Assembly (NCBI RefSeq): GCF_009914755.1
Contig: NC_060926.1
DNA from: the human T2T-CHM13v2.0 reference genome, Homo sapiens
Strand: one strand, 5' to 3'
Length of the DNA: 64,000 nucleotides
The position numbers and the translations under genes are program-made. How positions within the stretch are numbered: position 1 is the stretch's first letter; every line of letters starts with the position of its first letter. The notes under the pieces were generated by a model. That model was given only the letters and a program-made list of their open reading frames with translations. It was not told where the DNA came from and ran no database searches. Positions 26,351-48,351 of the stretch are shown one piece after another.

Positions 26351-28419
26351 TATCTTGACTCCTCTATGCCCAACCCTGGGAAGCATTCATGTGCTTGCTC
26401 TGTGGGTCGGAAGAAGGAAAACTCATCACAGCCTGGGGATTGATGGACTTTTTAGAGGACCTGTCTTTTGAATTGGGCCTGAACTGCGAGAGGGAAGAGC
26501 CATGCTAGGCAGGGGGACAGCAAGAGTAAAAGCGCAGAGGTGGAAAGTGTGCACCGTGTCAAGTGGCTGTCAGCAGGGTCCTTTTATGACTGATGAGTTT
26601 TCTTTTGTTTCTGTGTGAGTTGCAAATGGGTTTGGGTCTTGGTGCACGTCAGTGTCTTGGACCCCTGAGGAAGGATGTCATCACCCCCAGGTTGAGCATG
26701 CACAGCCTTCTTCAGGACGGTGAGACGAACCCGCTGAGCAGGCTGTGGGCAAGGTCACTGTGGGGTCCAAACAGAGACATGGGGAGGGTCAGAGGACCCT
26801 TCTGTGTCATTACGGGATTGGGAAGTGGAATGGCCCTAAGATGTCCCCTGGGACTCGAATGTGACAAAACCTTGTCCCTCAGCAGAAGAGAATCTAGAAA
26901 ATCTGTCTGGTGGAGTCCTGGAAGTGGGTGAGGTGTGGGGTGGGGTGAGAAGGGGTTGTGCAAGACTGGACTGGTGACCCAAGGGAGGCCCAGAAAACGC
27001 CTTGAAGGGGAGCACAAAGATGGGCAGGAGAAACCTCCAGTTTCCCTGTGGCTGGGGTGGGGGGAGGGTTTGGGGGCCAGGTGCATGAATGGACCCCAGC
27101 TCCTTTTTGGGTGGGAGCAGCCATGACAAGGAACTGTATTAAACTTCGAAATGCAGAACTCTAGAGTAGCCTGTGTCTACGCTGATTTTAAGTTATGAAT
27201 TTTCTAGTGGTTCTTATTATAGGTAATGAGACATATTCCCTACAAATCAGGAATATCCTATAATTCTATGGTTTCCACCTCCCAATGACACCTCTCTGAT
27301 TGTCTCACACTTAGAAGTAATACCCAAAAATAGCCTTTGAGGAATCCTATGCCCCAGTGTTTTATTTGGAAGGTAAGGTCACTGTATTTATGTATCAGCC
27401 ATAAATACTTGAATGAGAGTGAAAATTCCTAAGGATTTGCCATTTCCGGCTGATGGCACTAGATCCCTTGGAAGTGTCCCATGTCATAATATGCCAACAC
27501 ATTTAGAATTTTCAACAGTCATGGAAACAAACAGGTGCTTGGGGCAGCTAAAAATAACCACCCTGGGAAGTGAAACTGTGGCAGTGCCAAGGAGCTAAGG
27601 TGGGCAGTACTGCGCTTTTGGGTGAGGTCAAAACTCTGGAGGGAAGGCCAAGAAAAGAAAATTCTGCCCATGCCCCTCCTCCCAGCACCCAGGAGTGTGT
27701 TTTCTCTTCTCAGAATCTCTGTCTGATGTGCTAGCCTTTTTGTGTCATTTCGACTGAAACGTCTCACAGCTCCAACCCACTGCCCCCATATCTTGCATAG
27801 CTTTCTGTCCAGATTTCTGAATTAAAGGCTGGATCCAGAGGGTGTCCCACTGTGCATGGATGGGGGGCTTCCTCCCACCCCAGTGGGATGCTCCTGCTGC
27901 CATTCTCACCCCGGAACGCCCCTGACTCAGCCACCTCCGGGGCGGTGAGAGGTGTGAGGGATGATCGGGGAGTGCCATGCTCAGCAGCCTGAACCGTGTC
28001 AGGGAACCCAGGCATTCCAGCCTGTGTCATCCTCCCCCTCCCGTGAAGAGCCACAGCCACATCCTCCATGCCCTGCTGCACTTCCTGAGGAGTGAAAGAT
28101 GGTGGCTGTCAGCGTGTCAAGGATGACGGGTGGCAAGAGGGGTAAACACAGCTTGTTACTACCAGATTCGATTACCGGGTGATGCTCGAAGACAAATGGC
28201 CTGGGGCCTTTCTGCCCCTTGAGGGCAGGGGCAGTCTTAGTCACCAGGAGCAGGGTCCTATGAGGAGGAGTTAGGGATGTTGTGGAATTGTCTCCCAAAG
28301 CCAGTGCCAGCCGATAGGACTAGTTGTGTTATCTCGAGTTTTCGTTGTTGGTAGTTTTGAATTGGGAGCCTTGATTTGACCCTGAGAATAACCAAAACTG
28401 TACAAAAGACATGTGTATT

Positions 28420-28735
28420 CAAAACAAGACACAATAAGGCTCAAAAACAAAACTGTCTATGGTGATAAAGGTTAGAGTAGGAGTTACCTTGGGGGCAGAG
28501 GAATGTTGGCTGGGACAGGATATGCAAGAACCTCTAGAATGGTTCTGGAATGTTCTGTATCTTGATCTGGTGGTGGTGACACAAGTTTATACAGATGTAT
28601 TAATTGAGCTGTACATTTAAGATGTGGGGAATCGCTCTGAACCTATTCTGGTAACAGGGGCTCCCCGAGTTTTAAAAAAGATGTGTACATTTTACTGTAT
28701 ATATGCTATATCTCAGTGAATAAGTAACAATAAAG
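28420..28735 (+). mobile_element. L1ME-like 3' UTR fragment containing a 51-bp insertion
   Basis: GGAATGTTCTGTATCTTGATCTGG, GAGCTGTACATTTAAGATGTG..TACATTTTACTGTATAT. Confidence 0.72.
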
Positions 28736-31596
28736 AAAAATATGCATAAAGGTGGACTGTGAACAGAAACACCTTGGCAACATTTGAATAACCTAGCTTT
28801 TACCATATTTGGAGTTTGCTGTCCCCTGGTCCTAGGTGCTAAAAACCTGATTTGGTTCAGTCCAGACATTTAAAACACCAGCCAGCTATGGAGAGTAAAA
28901 TAATGGCAAGTCTCTTCCTAGTTTGACCATCAAGAGAGTAATTTGGAAACTCCAGCCCTGTGCCCTGAAACCAGAGTCTGTCCATCCCTCTACAATTAGA
29001 TGAGATTCCTGGGGCATCAAGGTCAAGCAGATCCAGCTTTGAATTGCTGTTCTGCCACTTTAACACCGGGACCTTCTGAAAAACAGTTGCCCTCTCTCAG
29101 GTTCCGTTTCTTTGTGAATTGGGTGAACTCTTGAGTGTTCTTTAGCAAAGGAGTACCTGTAACGTGCTCCACCCAGTGGTGAGTCCGTAGCAGGTGATCA
29201 ATAAATGCTAAAGATGCTGATTGTCATTGTCACCACTATCACGAAATTGTGCAGCGTTCGAGGGAACTCCAGGGAGCCACATACCCTCGCCAGTGATGTA
29301 CCTCTACAATGGCTTCAACAAACAGTTCCCACACAACGCAACTTTTCCTACAGTTGGGTGGGCTCCAGGGTGCAGAGGCCCCCCGCCTTGCTTGGCAGGT
29401 TGGCTTGGCTGGAGCCTTTGCTGGTTCTCAGAGCGGGAACATGGTCGAGTTGGCCAACAGTGTACCCACGTTGAAGCAGCTGTGCCGAACATCTGGCTCT
29501 GATTATCTGGCTGGGAATGGCCGGGGGTGGGAGCACTGTGATTTATAGATTGCTCCTTTGGCTGTAAATCCCATCTGTAATTGTGACTTCTCTGTCCCTA
29601 ATTGTTTGCAGAGAAGAGAGGAGCTCAATGGCTTACAATCCCTGGCAGAGCCCAAGGCTGCTGGGGTGGGGGTGGGGGGGGGTGAGGGGGGTGGTGAGGT
29701 TTGTTGCTAGGACACGGCTGTCTTTGTTTTGGTCCCTGCTCAGCAGTGTTTTTAAGGCCCTGTATACATTTCTCTGTATTGTTAATGTAATTTGTTCAGG
29801 CAGTGAACAGCCAAGTTCAGCCGAAGGAATCCGATACTCATAACAGAAACACCAGAGGCCAGGTTTTTGTGGTCAAATTAGGGTTTTGAGGCCTCTGAAG
29901 AGAATGAAATGTTGGCGCTGGGCGGGGGACAATCTCCCTTTCTCCTCTTGTGGTGATGCTGGCCTGGGTTCAGCTTCCTTGAGGAGCTTGGCTTTGGGGC
30001 ACCAAGTCCACTGCATTCAGGGCTGTGTTAGGTGGGGAGCCCGGCTGCCCTTCTCCGAGAAAGGGAATGCAGATTTTATTCAAAAGGGAAGAAAAGGCAC
30101 TAACAAAGTATGAGCAAGTTTGGGCCCTGCCTGCCCAGCCTTTCCTTCCCCGTGGCTCCGGGCAGCTTTTTTCCCCCCATCCCCCACCCTGCATTACTTG
30201 ACTGGTGAGGAAATAATAGTTGGGCTCTGCTGAGAAGGTATGTGACTGTGCAAAATGCAATTTGCCCGTTTCCGCTGCCCATGAAGACCCGACAGCCCAC
30301 TTGCCATCTGGGAACCTCGCGCCCTGCTGTGCTTGGAGTTTTCGGAAACGATGGATTCCAAACAACTTCCAGTGAGCAATTGGTGATATTAAGTTAACTG
30401 AGTTCATCTTACCCTTTTTATTTTGCCTCAGAAAGTAAAATAAGATAGAAGCAAACATACCAGCCCACAAACATGTCCATGCTTCCTTTTGCTTCTAGAA
30501 GGCGTATGTTGGGAAATTAATCAGACCAACGTTAGCCCCTTCCTCCCGGCCCTGGAAGAATGCCTGGTGTGTGTGCATCCCCCTCTCCAGTTAGCAATTA
30601 CCGAACAACTTCTGTGGCTACCAAGGAGAGCATGATAGGGTCCCAGCCCTCCAGAGCTTACAATGTAAGAGAACAAACAGGAACATGAGTCTTTACAATA
30701 CCTGCAGTGAGCGCCAACAAAGTGGAATAAAATGTCACCTGAAATACCTGAGAAAGGGGCTTCTCAAGCTTGGAGAAGGCAGAGGCTTTGGAGAGATGTT
30801 TGATCTGAGCCTTGCAGGAGACCGTCCAAGTGTGGGTTCTAGTACTACCTGGATGCAAGCCTTCCTCCGCCTGTGTCCCAGCAAGGAAGAGTTGCCTTCT
30901 TAATGACCCCATTCATTGTCCCTAGAACGTGGTGATTTACCAGAAGTCTTCAGAGGCAAGCCATCTTCAATTCAGAAGGGGAATCCCACATGTGTGTTGA
31001 ATATGAGGCATTGTTTAAGACACCTCCTGCCCTCACCACATTGGCAAACTGACAGCGTCAACTTGAAACAAGTCTGCACATTGTGGCCATTTTCACTCCA
31101 CAACAAATGTTTGTAAGTGGCCACCTAAGCCTGTGAACTTCCTAACTTTGATAATTACAAACACGAGGTAGATAAGATTGAAGCAAACCTGGCAAGTTAT
31201 ACTGACTTGCAGCTGAAGCACTCTGAGAAACAGAACAATTTGTTCACAGAAAAAGGAAATTAAGGTGTTTCTACACTCTTTAATTTCCAAGGTCTTTGTT
31301 TAAAGTGAATGAGTTCAAATGAGGGAAGACACATTCTGCTCACGTTTGATGTCACTCACTATTCATGTCGCAGCATAGGGTGTCACAGCCTGTGTCCCAG
31401 CTTCTTCCCATGGGCACCATGCTCTTCAGCCATACAGACTCGGACATTCCACTGCCAACCAGTATCCTCACCAATGACCCCAAGGTGCTGTTGAGGCACT
31501 TTTCTTTTTCAGAGTTTACTGACATCCTACCCACCACTGAGTAGCATGTTCCTTGCCCATGATTCCCTTCTGTACTCCCTCCCCCAATACCCTGTA

Positions 31597-31835
31597 TAGG
31601 CCAAGTATCCCTTATCCAAAATGTTTGGGGCCAGAAGTGTTTCGCAGTTTTGGAACTCTTATTGGATTTGGGAATATTTGCATTATACTGACCAGCTGAG
31701 CATCTGTAATTGGAAAATCTGACATGCCCCAGTCAGCATCTCATTTGAGTGTCATGTTGGCACTCAAGAAGTTTCAGATTTTTGAGCATTTTGGATTTTG
31801 TATTTTCGATTTTGGGGTTAGGGATGCTCAACTTG
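31597..31835. mobile_element. Tigger4a/MER46-like TcMar MITE
   Basis: Ends TAGGCCAAGTATCCCTTATCC / TTAGGGATGCTCAACTTG with flanking TA; internal TTTGAGTGTCATGTTGGCACTCAA. Confidence 0.82.
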
Positions 31836-32136
31836 TACTAGCATTAAATTAGGTCTAATCAGTTTTTATCAAAATAATTTTTTTCTTTTTTGTCTCCTTC
31901 ACTAGACCATGGAATTCCTTGGAATCAAAAATCATGTCCTCTTCTCCCGTGCCTAGAAGAATGCCCGAGAGGTGTTCACTATGTATTTATAGGGTGAAAT
32001 TTTCCTATATATGTCTTATATCCCTTAAGAAATTTTTTTCCAGACAATAAATGCTCCCTTTTCAAAGCACTATAATTAACTCTAGGTGTTTTTGATTTAA
32101 AATGTTCTGAAATGCATCCCACACTTTTCTAACTTT

Positions 32137-32495
<359 letters not shown>

Positions 32496-32786
32496 TAAAA
32501 TCATGAACTAGGAAATATTTAGTTAAAATATCTTTTTATTCCAATGGGGGGGGGAAAACTGGTGATAGTGTTCTTTCCTAAAGCTTTTGCATTTTTTCCT
32601 CTAGGAGAGGTCCTTGGATATTTACCCAGGCTTTCCTGACTTGATAAAAGAACACTGCTTGATTATATAGTGCAGTCATCTGCAGATTAAGTGGCAGCTG
32701 ACCATCTAGGCAGGGGAAAATATGAGAAGTAATAATATAAAAGGATACTCTGTGATGGACGGGCATAATGGTGAATAAGATGTTCA

Positions 32787-33067
32787 GAGCCAGGAGCACT
32801 GGGTCACACCTGTAATCCCAATACTTTGGGATGCTGAAGCAGGAGGATCACTTGAGGCCAGGAGTTCAAGACCAGCCAGGTCAACATAGCCAGACCCTGT
32901 CTCTACAAAAAATAAAATAAAATAGGCACACACCTGTAATCCCAGCTACTCAGGAGGCTGAGGTGAGAGGATGGCTTGAGCCCAGAAGTTAGGGGCTGCA
33001 GTGAGCCACGCTTGTGCCCCTGAACTCCAGCTTGGGCAACAGAGTGAAACCCCATCTCAAAAAACAA
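32787..33067 (+). mobile_element. Alu (AluJ-like)
   Basis: GGAGGATCACTTGAGGCCAGGAG..GGATGGCTTGAGCCCAG. Confidence 0.9.
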
Positions 33068-33129
33068 TTTTTTTTCCCCAGAAAATGCTGTTGTATGCTT
33101 TCCATTGAAAGAAAGAAGCAGGATCAGAG

Positions 33130-34569
<1,440 letters not shown>

Positions 34570-35288
34570 TATAGTTTTATAACTAGATGATAGTTTATTC
34601 CATAACTATAAATAACATTTTTAAAACTTCAGAAAAGTGGGAATAAATAATTTAGTTTTCCTTTTAAAATTAAAGCTTATTTTGAAAGTTATTTTGGTGC
34701 TTAAAAGAGAGAGAATATATATTTTGTAGCTCTATCCACTGGAAAAGATTAGAAACAATGATTATCTCAATAGCACTGACCAGCTCCAGTGCTCAGATTA
34801 TATTCACCAAATCCCATTTCCCAGTTAAAATAAAACCAGGCTCCTGGGAGAAGGAGCTGATTCGATGTATGAAGTTAGCCTAGAATATATTGTTATACAA
34901 GAAAGCATGAAAGCTATTGAAGACCATTAGAGACCCAAGTCTATTGTTACGCACTCAGGTACTAGGGCTGCTAGGTCGGAAGGACTCAGCAGCCAAACTG
35001 AGTAAGACGGAAAAGATGAAATAATTAGATCATCAAGAATATATTATATTTATTAAAATCCTTAAGTTCACGCTGACACCAAGAAAACACAACAAAATAA
35101 ACACAACACTGGTCTCCTTTGGAGGACAACAGGGAGCTGAGTCATTATTTTCAATATGTTAATAGAAAGAATCACGCATTTGTCCTGCCTGTGCTGTGTG
35201 CTGTTTGCCACTGGGCCACTAGTTGAGGAAAGTTTTTCTTTACAGAAGTATTTCAGCTAATAAATGAAGAAGAAATAGTCTTGTTCCC

Positions 35289-35687
35289 TGTCTTAGTTCA
35301 TTTTGTGTTGCTGTAACAGCACACCACAAACTGGGTAATTTATAAAGGAAAGATATTTACTTGGCTCACAGTTAAGGAGGCTGGGAAGTCCAAGGGCATA
35401 GTGCCGACATCTGCTCAGCATCTGGTGCAGGCCTTCTTACTGCATCGTCCTATAGCAGAAAGGCAAGAGAGTACGCCTGTGTGTGCACAAGACGGCAGAA
35501 TGGGGGATGGGGGGCAAACTCATACTTTAATCAGGAACCCACTCCCACAATAAGGGCATTAATACATTTATGAGGGCACAGCCCTCATAACCTAATCACC
35601 TCTTAAAGTTTCCACTTCTCAACACTGTTGCATTATGCATTAAGTTTGCAAAACATGAACTTTGGGGGACATATTCAAACCATGGCA
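35289..35687 (-). mobile_element. Solo MaLR LTR (MSTC/MSTD-like)
   Basis: TG...CA termini (TGTCTTAGTTCATTTTGTGTTGCT..ATTCAAACCATGGCA), 399 bp, perfect 5-bp TSD TTCCC. Confidence 0.9.
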
Positions 35688-35838
35688 TTCCCTCTCCCCT
35701 AAATAAAATAAAGTAAAATAACATTGAACCTGAATTTGATCAAGCCTCTAGATCTAATTATTAATTTACCAGAAATACAATTCAGAAGAACATGTTAGAT
35801 TGACACCATGAGGATATGATTAGCAAAATCCAGACTTA

Positions 35839-36695
<857 letters not shown>

Positions 36696-36996
36696 TTATT
36701 TGTAAGACATAATATTAGAAAATTATTGTTAACCCTTAAAAACATTTTTTAGGATTTTAAAAAATTTTCTGCTTTCTAGAGATAACACACAGAAATATTT
36801 ACCAATGAAGTGATAGGCTATCTGGGCTCTGTTTCGAAATAGTCTTGGGCTTAGGGGTGGATGAGCAAGGAGTGGGTGGGGGATGGATGAATGGAGACGG
36901 GCCATGAGCTAGTAATTGCAGAACCTGGTGGTGGCTTAACCAGATTCATTATATTGTTCTCTCTACTTTTGTGTACATTGGAAATTTTCCAAAATG

Positions 36997-37267
36997 GTTT
37001 GTTTTTGAGATGGAATCTCACTCAGTCGCCTAGGCTAGAGTGCACTGGTGCAATCATAGCTCACTGTAGCTTCAAACTCCTGGGCCCAAGCAATCCCCCC
37101 ACCTCAGCCTCCTGAGTAGCTGGGACTATAGGTGTGTGCCATCACGCCCTGCTAATTTTTCTAAATTTTTTGTAGAGACAAGGTTTCGAAATCCTGGCCT
37201 CAAGTGATCCTCTTGCCTTAGCCTCCCAAAGTGCCGGGATTACAGGCATGAGCCACCACACCTGGCC
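36997..37267 (-). mobile_element. Alu (AluJ-like)
   Basis: ATCATAGCTCACTGTAGCTTCAAACTCCTGGG, ends CCTGGCC. Confidence 0.9.
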
Positions 37268-37701
37268 ACAAAATAAAAGGTTTTAAATATTTCATTTTTA
37301 TTCACCTGGCAGAATCCCAGGTAGAAGTTAGAGTGTTTGGTGGATGGTTGAGTGTCTGAGCAGGACCCCACAGCCAAGGGGGGTTAGAGGGAGGGGCCGG
37401 CAAGGGTAGGGAATAAGGCCTGATCAAGTGAGCTGCTGGAGGTGGATGTATGGGGTGTCTGCTTCCCCAGGTGGAGCTGGATAGATACTGGTGTGCTGAG
37501 AATGAGAAGGAGGATGAAGAAAGTTGCAAAACCCAGCAAAAAGTACCCAAAAGCAACCACTCACAGCAAAAATTGGGGGAATGAGTGATTTAACCCCGCA
37601 AGGCATACACTTTCTAGGACTTTACAAATAAGAACACCTTTAGTCCCTACAGCAACCCTCCCATGAGGTATGTGCTTGCTGTTCTTTGTCCCTATTTTAC
37701 C

Positions 37702-40288
<2,587 letters not shown>

Positions 40289-40849
40289 TTACCATTAAGG
40301 AAGCTGACACACAGATAAATTACTTGCCTAAGTCAGTGGCAAGTCCCTTAAGTCACTGGCAAAGCCAGGATTTGAATCTGGGCTAGCCTGGAACCTGGCT
40401 TCTTTGCTGCTGTGCCACACTGTGCTTCTCTATGTCAGTGCAACTTCCAAGTTTTGGTGGAAATCTACCACCATAAAGTAGCTTCCTCTCCCAACTTCTC
40501 TATTCTCTTAGTTCCCATTCTCCTAATCACCCAAACTTGGTGACTTCAGCTCTTCTCTCCCTCCTGTCCCATAATAACCACTCACTCCTAGGTCCTATGT
40601 ATTCTCTAAAACTGTCCTGTGATCCCAGAGCCATCTCTCAGAACACGGTTTGTGGTTTTCCAGCCTGGATCACTGCAGTAGTGCCCCTGACTCCAGCTCT
40701 TCCCTTTCTGTTTATCTCCCCCCGCCTTTTTTTTTTTTTTTTTTAACCTCCCAGTGCACCACTTTCTCCATGTCATTCTCGTGCTTGCAAACCTTCAAGG
40801 CATCCTCATTGATCATAAATTGAACACAAGGTCTTGCTTCTAAGACAGC

Positions 40850-41040
40850 GAGAACAGTCAGGGCTTGGGTTCAAATAGCACCGCTGCCGCCGTTTTACCC
40901 TGTGACCCTGCAGGATGGGGATGGGACTCACTCAGAGAGGCTTTAAGATCAGATGTGCAAAAGCGTACATAGAGTGGCTGAGAAAATACAAGCACTTGGT
41001 CTCCAGAGTGAGTTGGTGCTTAACAAATGTTCACTCCTAT
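40850..41040 (+). mobile_element. MIR relic next to an L2 relic (about 40440-40840)
   Basis: TTGGGTTCAAAT..CTGTGACCCTG, GTGCTTAACAAATGTT; upstream CATGTCATTCTC..AACCTTCAAGG resembles L2. Confidence 0.55.
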
Positions 41041-41623
41041 GCTGTTTTGCTGTTTTTCCGGCATCTACCTTGTAACAACTCTACCAAATCCCTTTATCTT
41101 TGGACTTCTCTTCCTGCCCTCACCCCTTTGCACTTAGCTCCGCTCACTGCATTGCTCTGCTCTGCTTACACTGTCAAACCCCCTCTGAACTCAACTAAAG
41201 GAGCCTCCCTCTCCCTCAGGCCTTGGCGACCTGTTCTTCCCATGAACTACTAGAGTGGTTGCCACTTGAACAACGCCTGGGTTTTTTGGACCATTCGAAT
41301 TTCAGAAAACTTGGTGGGGAAAAGGGACTGTCAGAGTAATACCCCCTCTTTTTTTTTTTTTTAACCAAGTAAGAATATTAAGAGAAACAACGATCCTAAT
41401 TTCATGTGAAAAAGAATATTTTAATAATAACAAAAAGGGTGGGTGGGGGGACAAGCTCACCCTAGAGCAAAGGACAGTCTTTTAAATTATATAAGCTTAG
41501 CTTTAGTTAAAAACTTGACTCTTCAGTCTTGTTTCTACCATTCTAATAGAAACCAGTGATGCCTGCCACTTATTTGAGTGTATATGGCTCATTTCCCATC
41601 CTCCTTATAAGCTCTGGATTCTG

Positions 41624-41926
41624 GGCTGGGCACAGTGGCTCACACCTATAATCCCAACACTTTGCGGCCCAAGGTGGGAGGATCTCTTGAGGCTAGGAGT
41701 TCAAGACCAGGCTGGGCAACAGAGTGAGACCCTGTCTCTACAAAAATAAAAATTAGCCAGGCGTGGTGCCGTGCACCTGTAGTCCCAGCTACTCGGGAGG
41801 CTGAGGTGGGAGGATTGCTTGAACCCAGGAGTTTAAGGCTACAGGGAACTATGATCTCCCTACTGCACTCCAGCCTGAGTGACAGAGCAAGACCCTGTCT
41901 CCAAAAAAAAAAAAAAAAAAAAAAAA
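41624..41926 (+). mobile_element. Alu (AluJ-like)
   Basis: Full dimer with poly(A). Confidence 0.94.
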
Positions 41927-42034
41927 TTAGTCACAAACATTTTCATGTTGTTTGGGTATTTGTTTTTCCATTCAACATTTAATCCTTGAGTAGGTCCTAG
42001 CAGTCTGGGCAGTGTCTTAGGGACTAAGGTATTA

Positions 42035-42345
<311 letters not shown>

Positions 42346-42643
42346 AATGATAGGGTTCCAGCCTTAGAGGGACTGCGTTTCAAGTGAGAGAGAGGGATGA
42401 ATGTCCAGTCACCAGTGGGGACGTTGTGCTGAGGAAGGGCAGCCTAGACCTTGAAAGGGAGCGAAGAGGTGGGTTGGGGCTCCCTGCAAAGTATGCCACC
42501 TGACTTGGGGTTCCCAAGGAGTTCAGAATGGTTGGAATTTAGTCACAGGAAGCAAGGAAGGAGATGTTGAGAGATGGGCTAGGGAGGTAACAGAGACCAG
42601 CCCTCAAAGTCCTTCTTTATCATTCTTAGAAATTTGAACCTTA

Positions 42644-43420
<777 letters not shown>

Positions 43421-43622
43421 CTAGGAAGAGGCACACCAGACTGAGTTACATACAGAGAAGGGGGGAGCACATTCAGAGGGGTCATCACCTCGTCTGTCTT
43501 GAGCTACTAGAGAGAGAGAGAAGGGAAGGTGAAAGTGTGTTGATTAAAGAAAATTTGGAGATTGGGGGAAGATTTTTTTAAATTTTACTTAATCATCCAG
43601 CCACCAATATATATCAGTTTTA

Positions 43623-43930
<308 letters not shown>

Positions 43931-44253
43931 TAAATGTTGGTCCACTTTCTGCCAGACCTTTCTTCTGGCATGTAAGTTTTCTGCTTCTTTCTCTTTTTCA
44001 AATATCGTTGTCTTCATACTGAGGTACAATTTGGTGTCCAGCTTTTTTCACTTCATACTTTATCCTAAGCACTTTCTTCAGTTGACTCCCCTGTTTCCTT
44101 GTTTTTAGAAACTCGGGTTTTTCTGGTGCTTTACTCTCATAAACAATAGTGCAGTGCATGATTCTTATGGATTAAGCTTTTTCTGAATTTAGGATTAGTA
44201 CCCTGGAGTACAATCCTAGATTTGGGCTCATTGAGTAAAAGGCTAGAAACATC

Positions 44254-44545
<292 letters not shown>

Positions 44546-45734
44546 TAGAAACATCTTAAAGCTACATCATATCACCAGATTTCCTTGCAGGGGGCTGAAT
44601 CAGCTTATACCGGGGGCAACCATAGAGTGCCCATTTCTCCTGCATCCCTACGTGACACTCTGCTTTCTGTGGGGCAGCCTTGTTATTGCGAAGAACCAGT
44701 ACTACTAACGTGCTTTTTTAAAAAACAAAAATTGTAATGGCTTCAAGGCTGCATACACGTTGCCAGAGGAAAAGCCTGAGGGGATGGGTGGATATCGCCT
44801 TTTAATTTGCTGTTAGTTTTCCATAAAGGAACAAATGCCTAAAACTTTCCAAAACTTAGTCTAAGTTTGGACAGATCCCTGTGTCTTGAAATCTTGGTCC
44901 CCTCAGGAATAATGCTCTATTTAGAGAGGAAGAACATATAAATGTTCCCAGAAACATTATAGGGTACTTGAAAATCCTTTGGAACATCTGCAAGTATCTT
45001 GCAGATGAACGAGGTTACTAAGCTGGCCAGCAGGAACAGCCAGGTCTAATGTGCGCCCCCAGGAAGCCAGGCCTGTTGAGGTGGGTCTGTTAGAGAGCCC
45101 CAGGCTGTAGGGTTGCCCACCTGACTCAGCTGCCCAAGCATCTCTCCTCTGTCTGGCGCTTCCTCCTAGCATCCTGGTTTGTATTCCTACTTTGAGTTGA
45201 AACTGGGCTTTTCACTCCTGAGTAGCTCTAGAAGACCTAAGAACCACTTCACATCTGAGAATGATCAATTGTTGGCTGAGATGACAGAGTTATCTGGTCC
45301 AACTATTTGTTGCCTGGCCTCTGCCTGAACACCTGCAGTGATGGGGGCAGCCTAGAGCAAACTGAATTCCTCCTCGTCCACGTGACAGCCTTTCACTTTT
45401 CAGATCACCTTCCTCACACTGATGGTCTCATACAACATCATTTTGAATGTCCTCAGCTCTCTGCACCACCCACCCAACTCCACTCTGGGCCACCGCTGGT
45501 GTATCCAAGATCAGGACACCAGTCCCTGGGCACCAGGGAGTATGCTGGCCACTGAAGCAGCTTCGTTTTTCCGGCACCCATGTTGTAAAATCGACTCCCC
45601 CAAAAGTTATTGTCCACATGTGTAACTGTCCCTCCCACCATGTCCCCTTCCACACACTATTTCCCACCCCTGGCATGGGTATAGGACGTCATTTCTGTTA
45701 ACCTTGTGTTGGTGGGTTTATCTCTTTTTTCTAG

Positions 45735-45945
45735 CGTAGTGTAGGGATTGAGGGTGCAGACCCTTTGGTCAGGGTAGGTTTAGATCCCACCCTGGGTGAG
45801 TCAGAGAGCTTCCCTGTGCCTCCGTTTCTTCATCTGTAAAATGAGACCCTCAACAGCCCCTACTTCAGATAGTGCTCAAGAGGATTGAGTTAATGTTAGC
45901 GAAGGACTTCGGATGGTGCCTGGTATGCTGTAAGATGGGTGTCAT
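45735..45945 (+). mobile_element. MIR
   Basis: CTGTGCCTCCGTTTCTTCATCTGTAAAATGAG core. Confidence 0.75.
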
Positions 45946-46739
45946 TTCTCATTGTCACACCGTTGAGAGTCCAGATCTTCATCATGTTTCCTCTGCATCT
46001 GACTGGTGAGCCTCCCAGATCAGCAGCCCACAAGGCGATCGGGTCAGGGCTGAGTAGCTGCCAGCAGAGGCTGGAGACTTGAGGCTGTCGTGCAATCCAT
46101 TCTCGCCTTTGTCTGCTTTCTGTCTTTTGTTTTCTGCTCTGTGTGTGTTTGTTTTTGTGATTGTTATTTTAAGTCTCTCTCAGGAATGCTTCGTGATGCT
46201 CAGCCCGGTCAAGCGATCTGTATACATCCTCCATTATTTCTTCTCCATTTCTTTTTAATCATATTTCCTCCTCTGAACTTCTACCCTCAGATTTATTCAT
46301 TATCTAACAAATACTGATGGTGCAGCTCCATGGCCCAAAGCTGTTCTGGGGGCCACAGCAGTGATATGAGTGTCCTGGGGAAGCTGACATTCCACGGACA
46401 CAAGCAGCCATTCGTCTGTCTCATTCCGCCAAGACCTCTGTGAGGTCTTGTTGACCCCTTTGCATGATTATCTTAAGTTTGTTCACCACTGTTCAGCATA
46501 TGGGCATTAAACCCTATTTTTGCATTCTCCTTCCCACTATTTTCTCCTACTGATTAAGCGGTATCTCCTCCACTGTTATTTTTCTTCCAGTGACATATTC
46601 AGGAAGAGCAAGATCTCAAAAAATATAAATGTTGATGTTCCCCATCCAATCCCGGTTGTCATTAGAATGTTTATACTTATCCACGCAGTGCTTCAGTTCT
46701 GGAATATATTCATCTTTACCTTACCCTGGTTAGCAATAA

Positions 46740-47522
<783 letters not shown>

Positions 47523-47529
47523 AGAGAAT

Positions 47530-48351
<822 letters not shown>

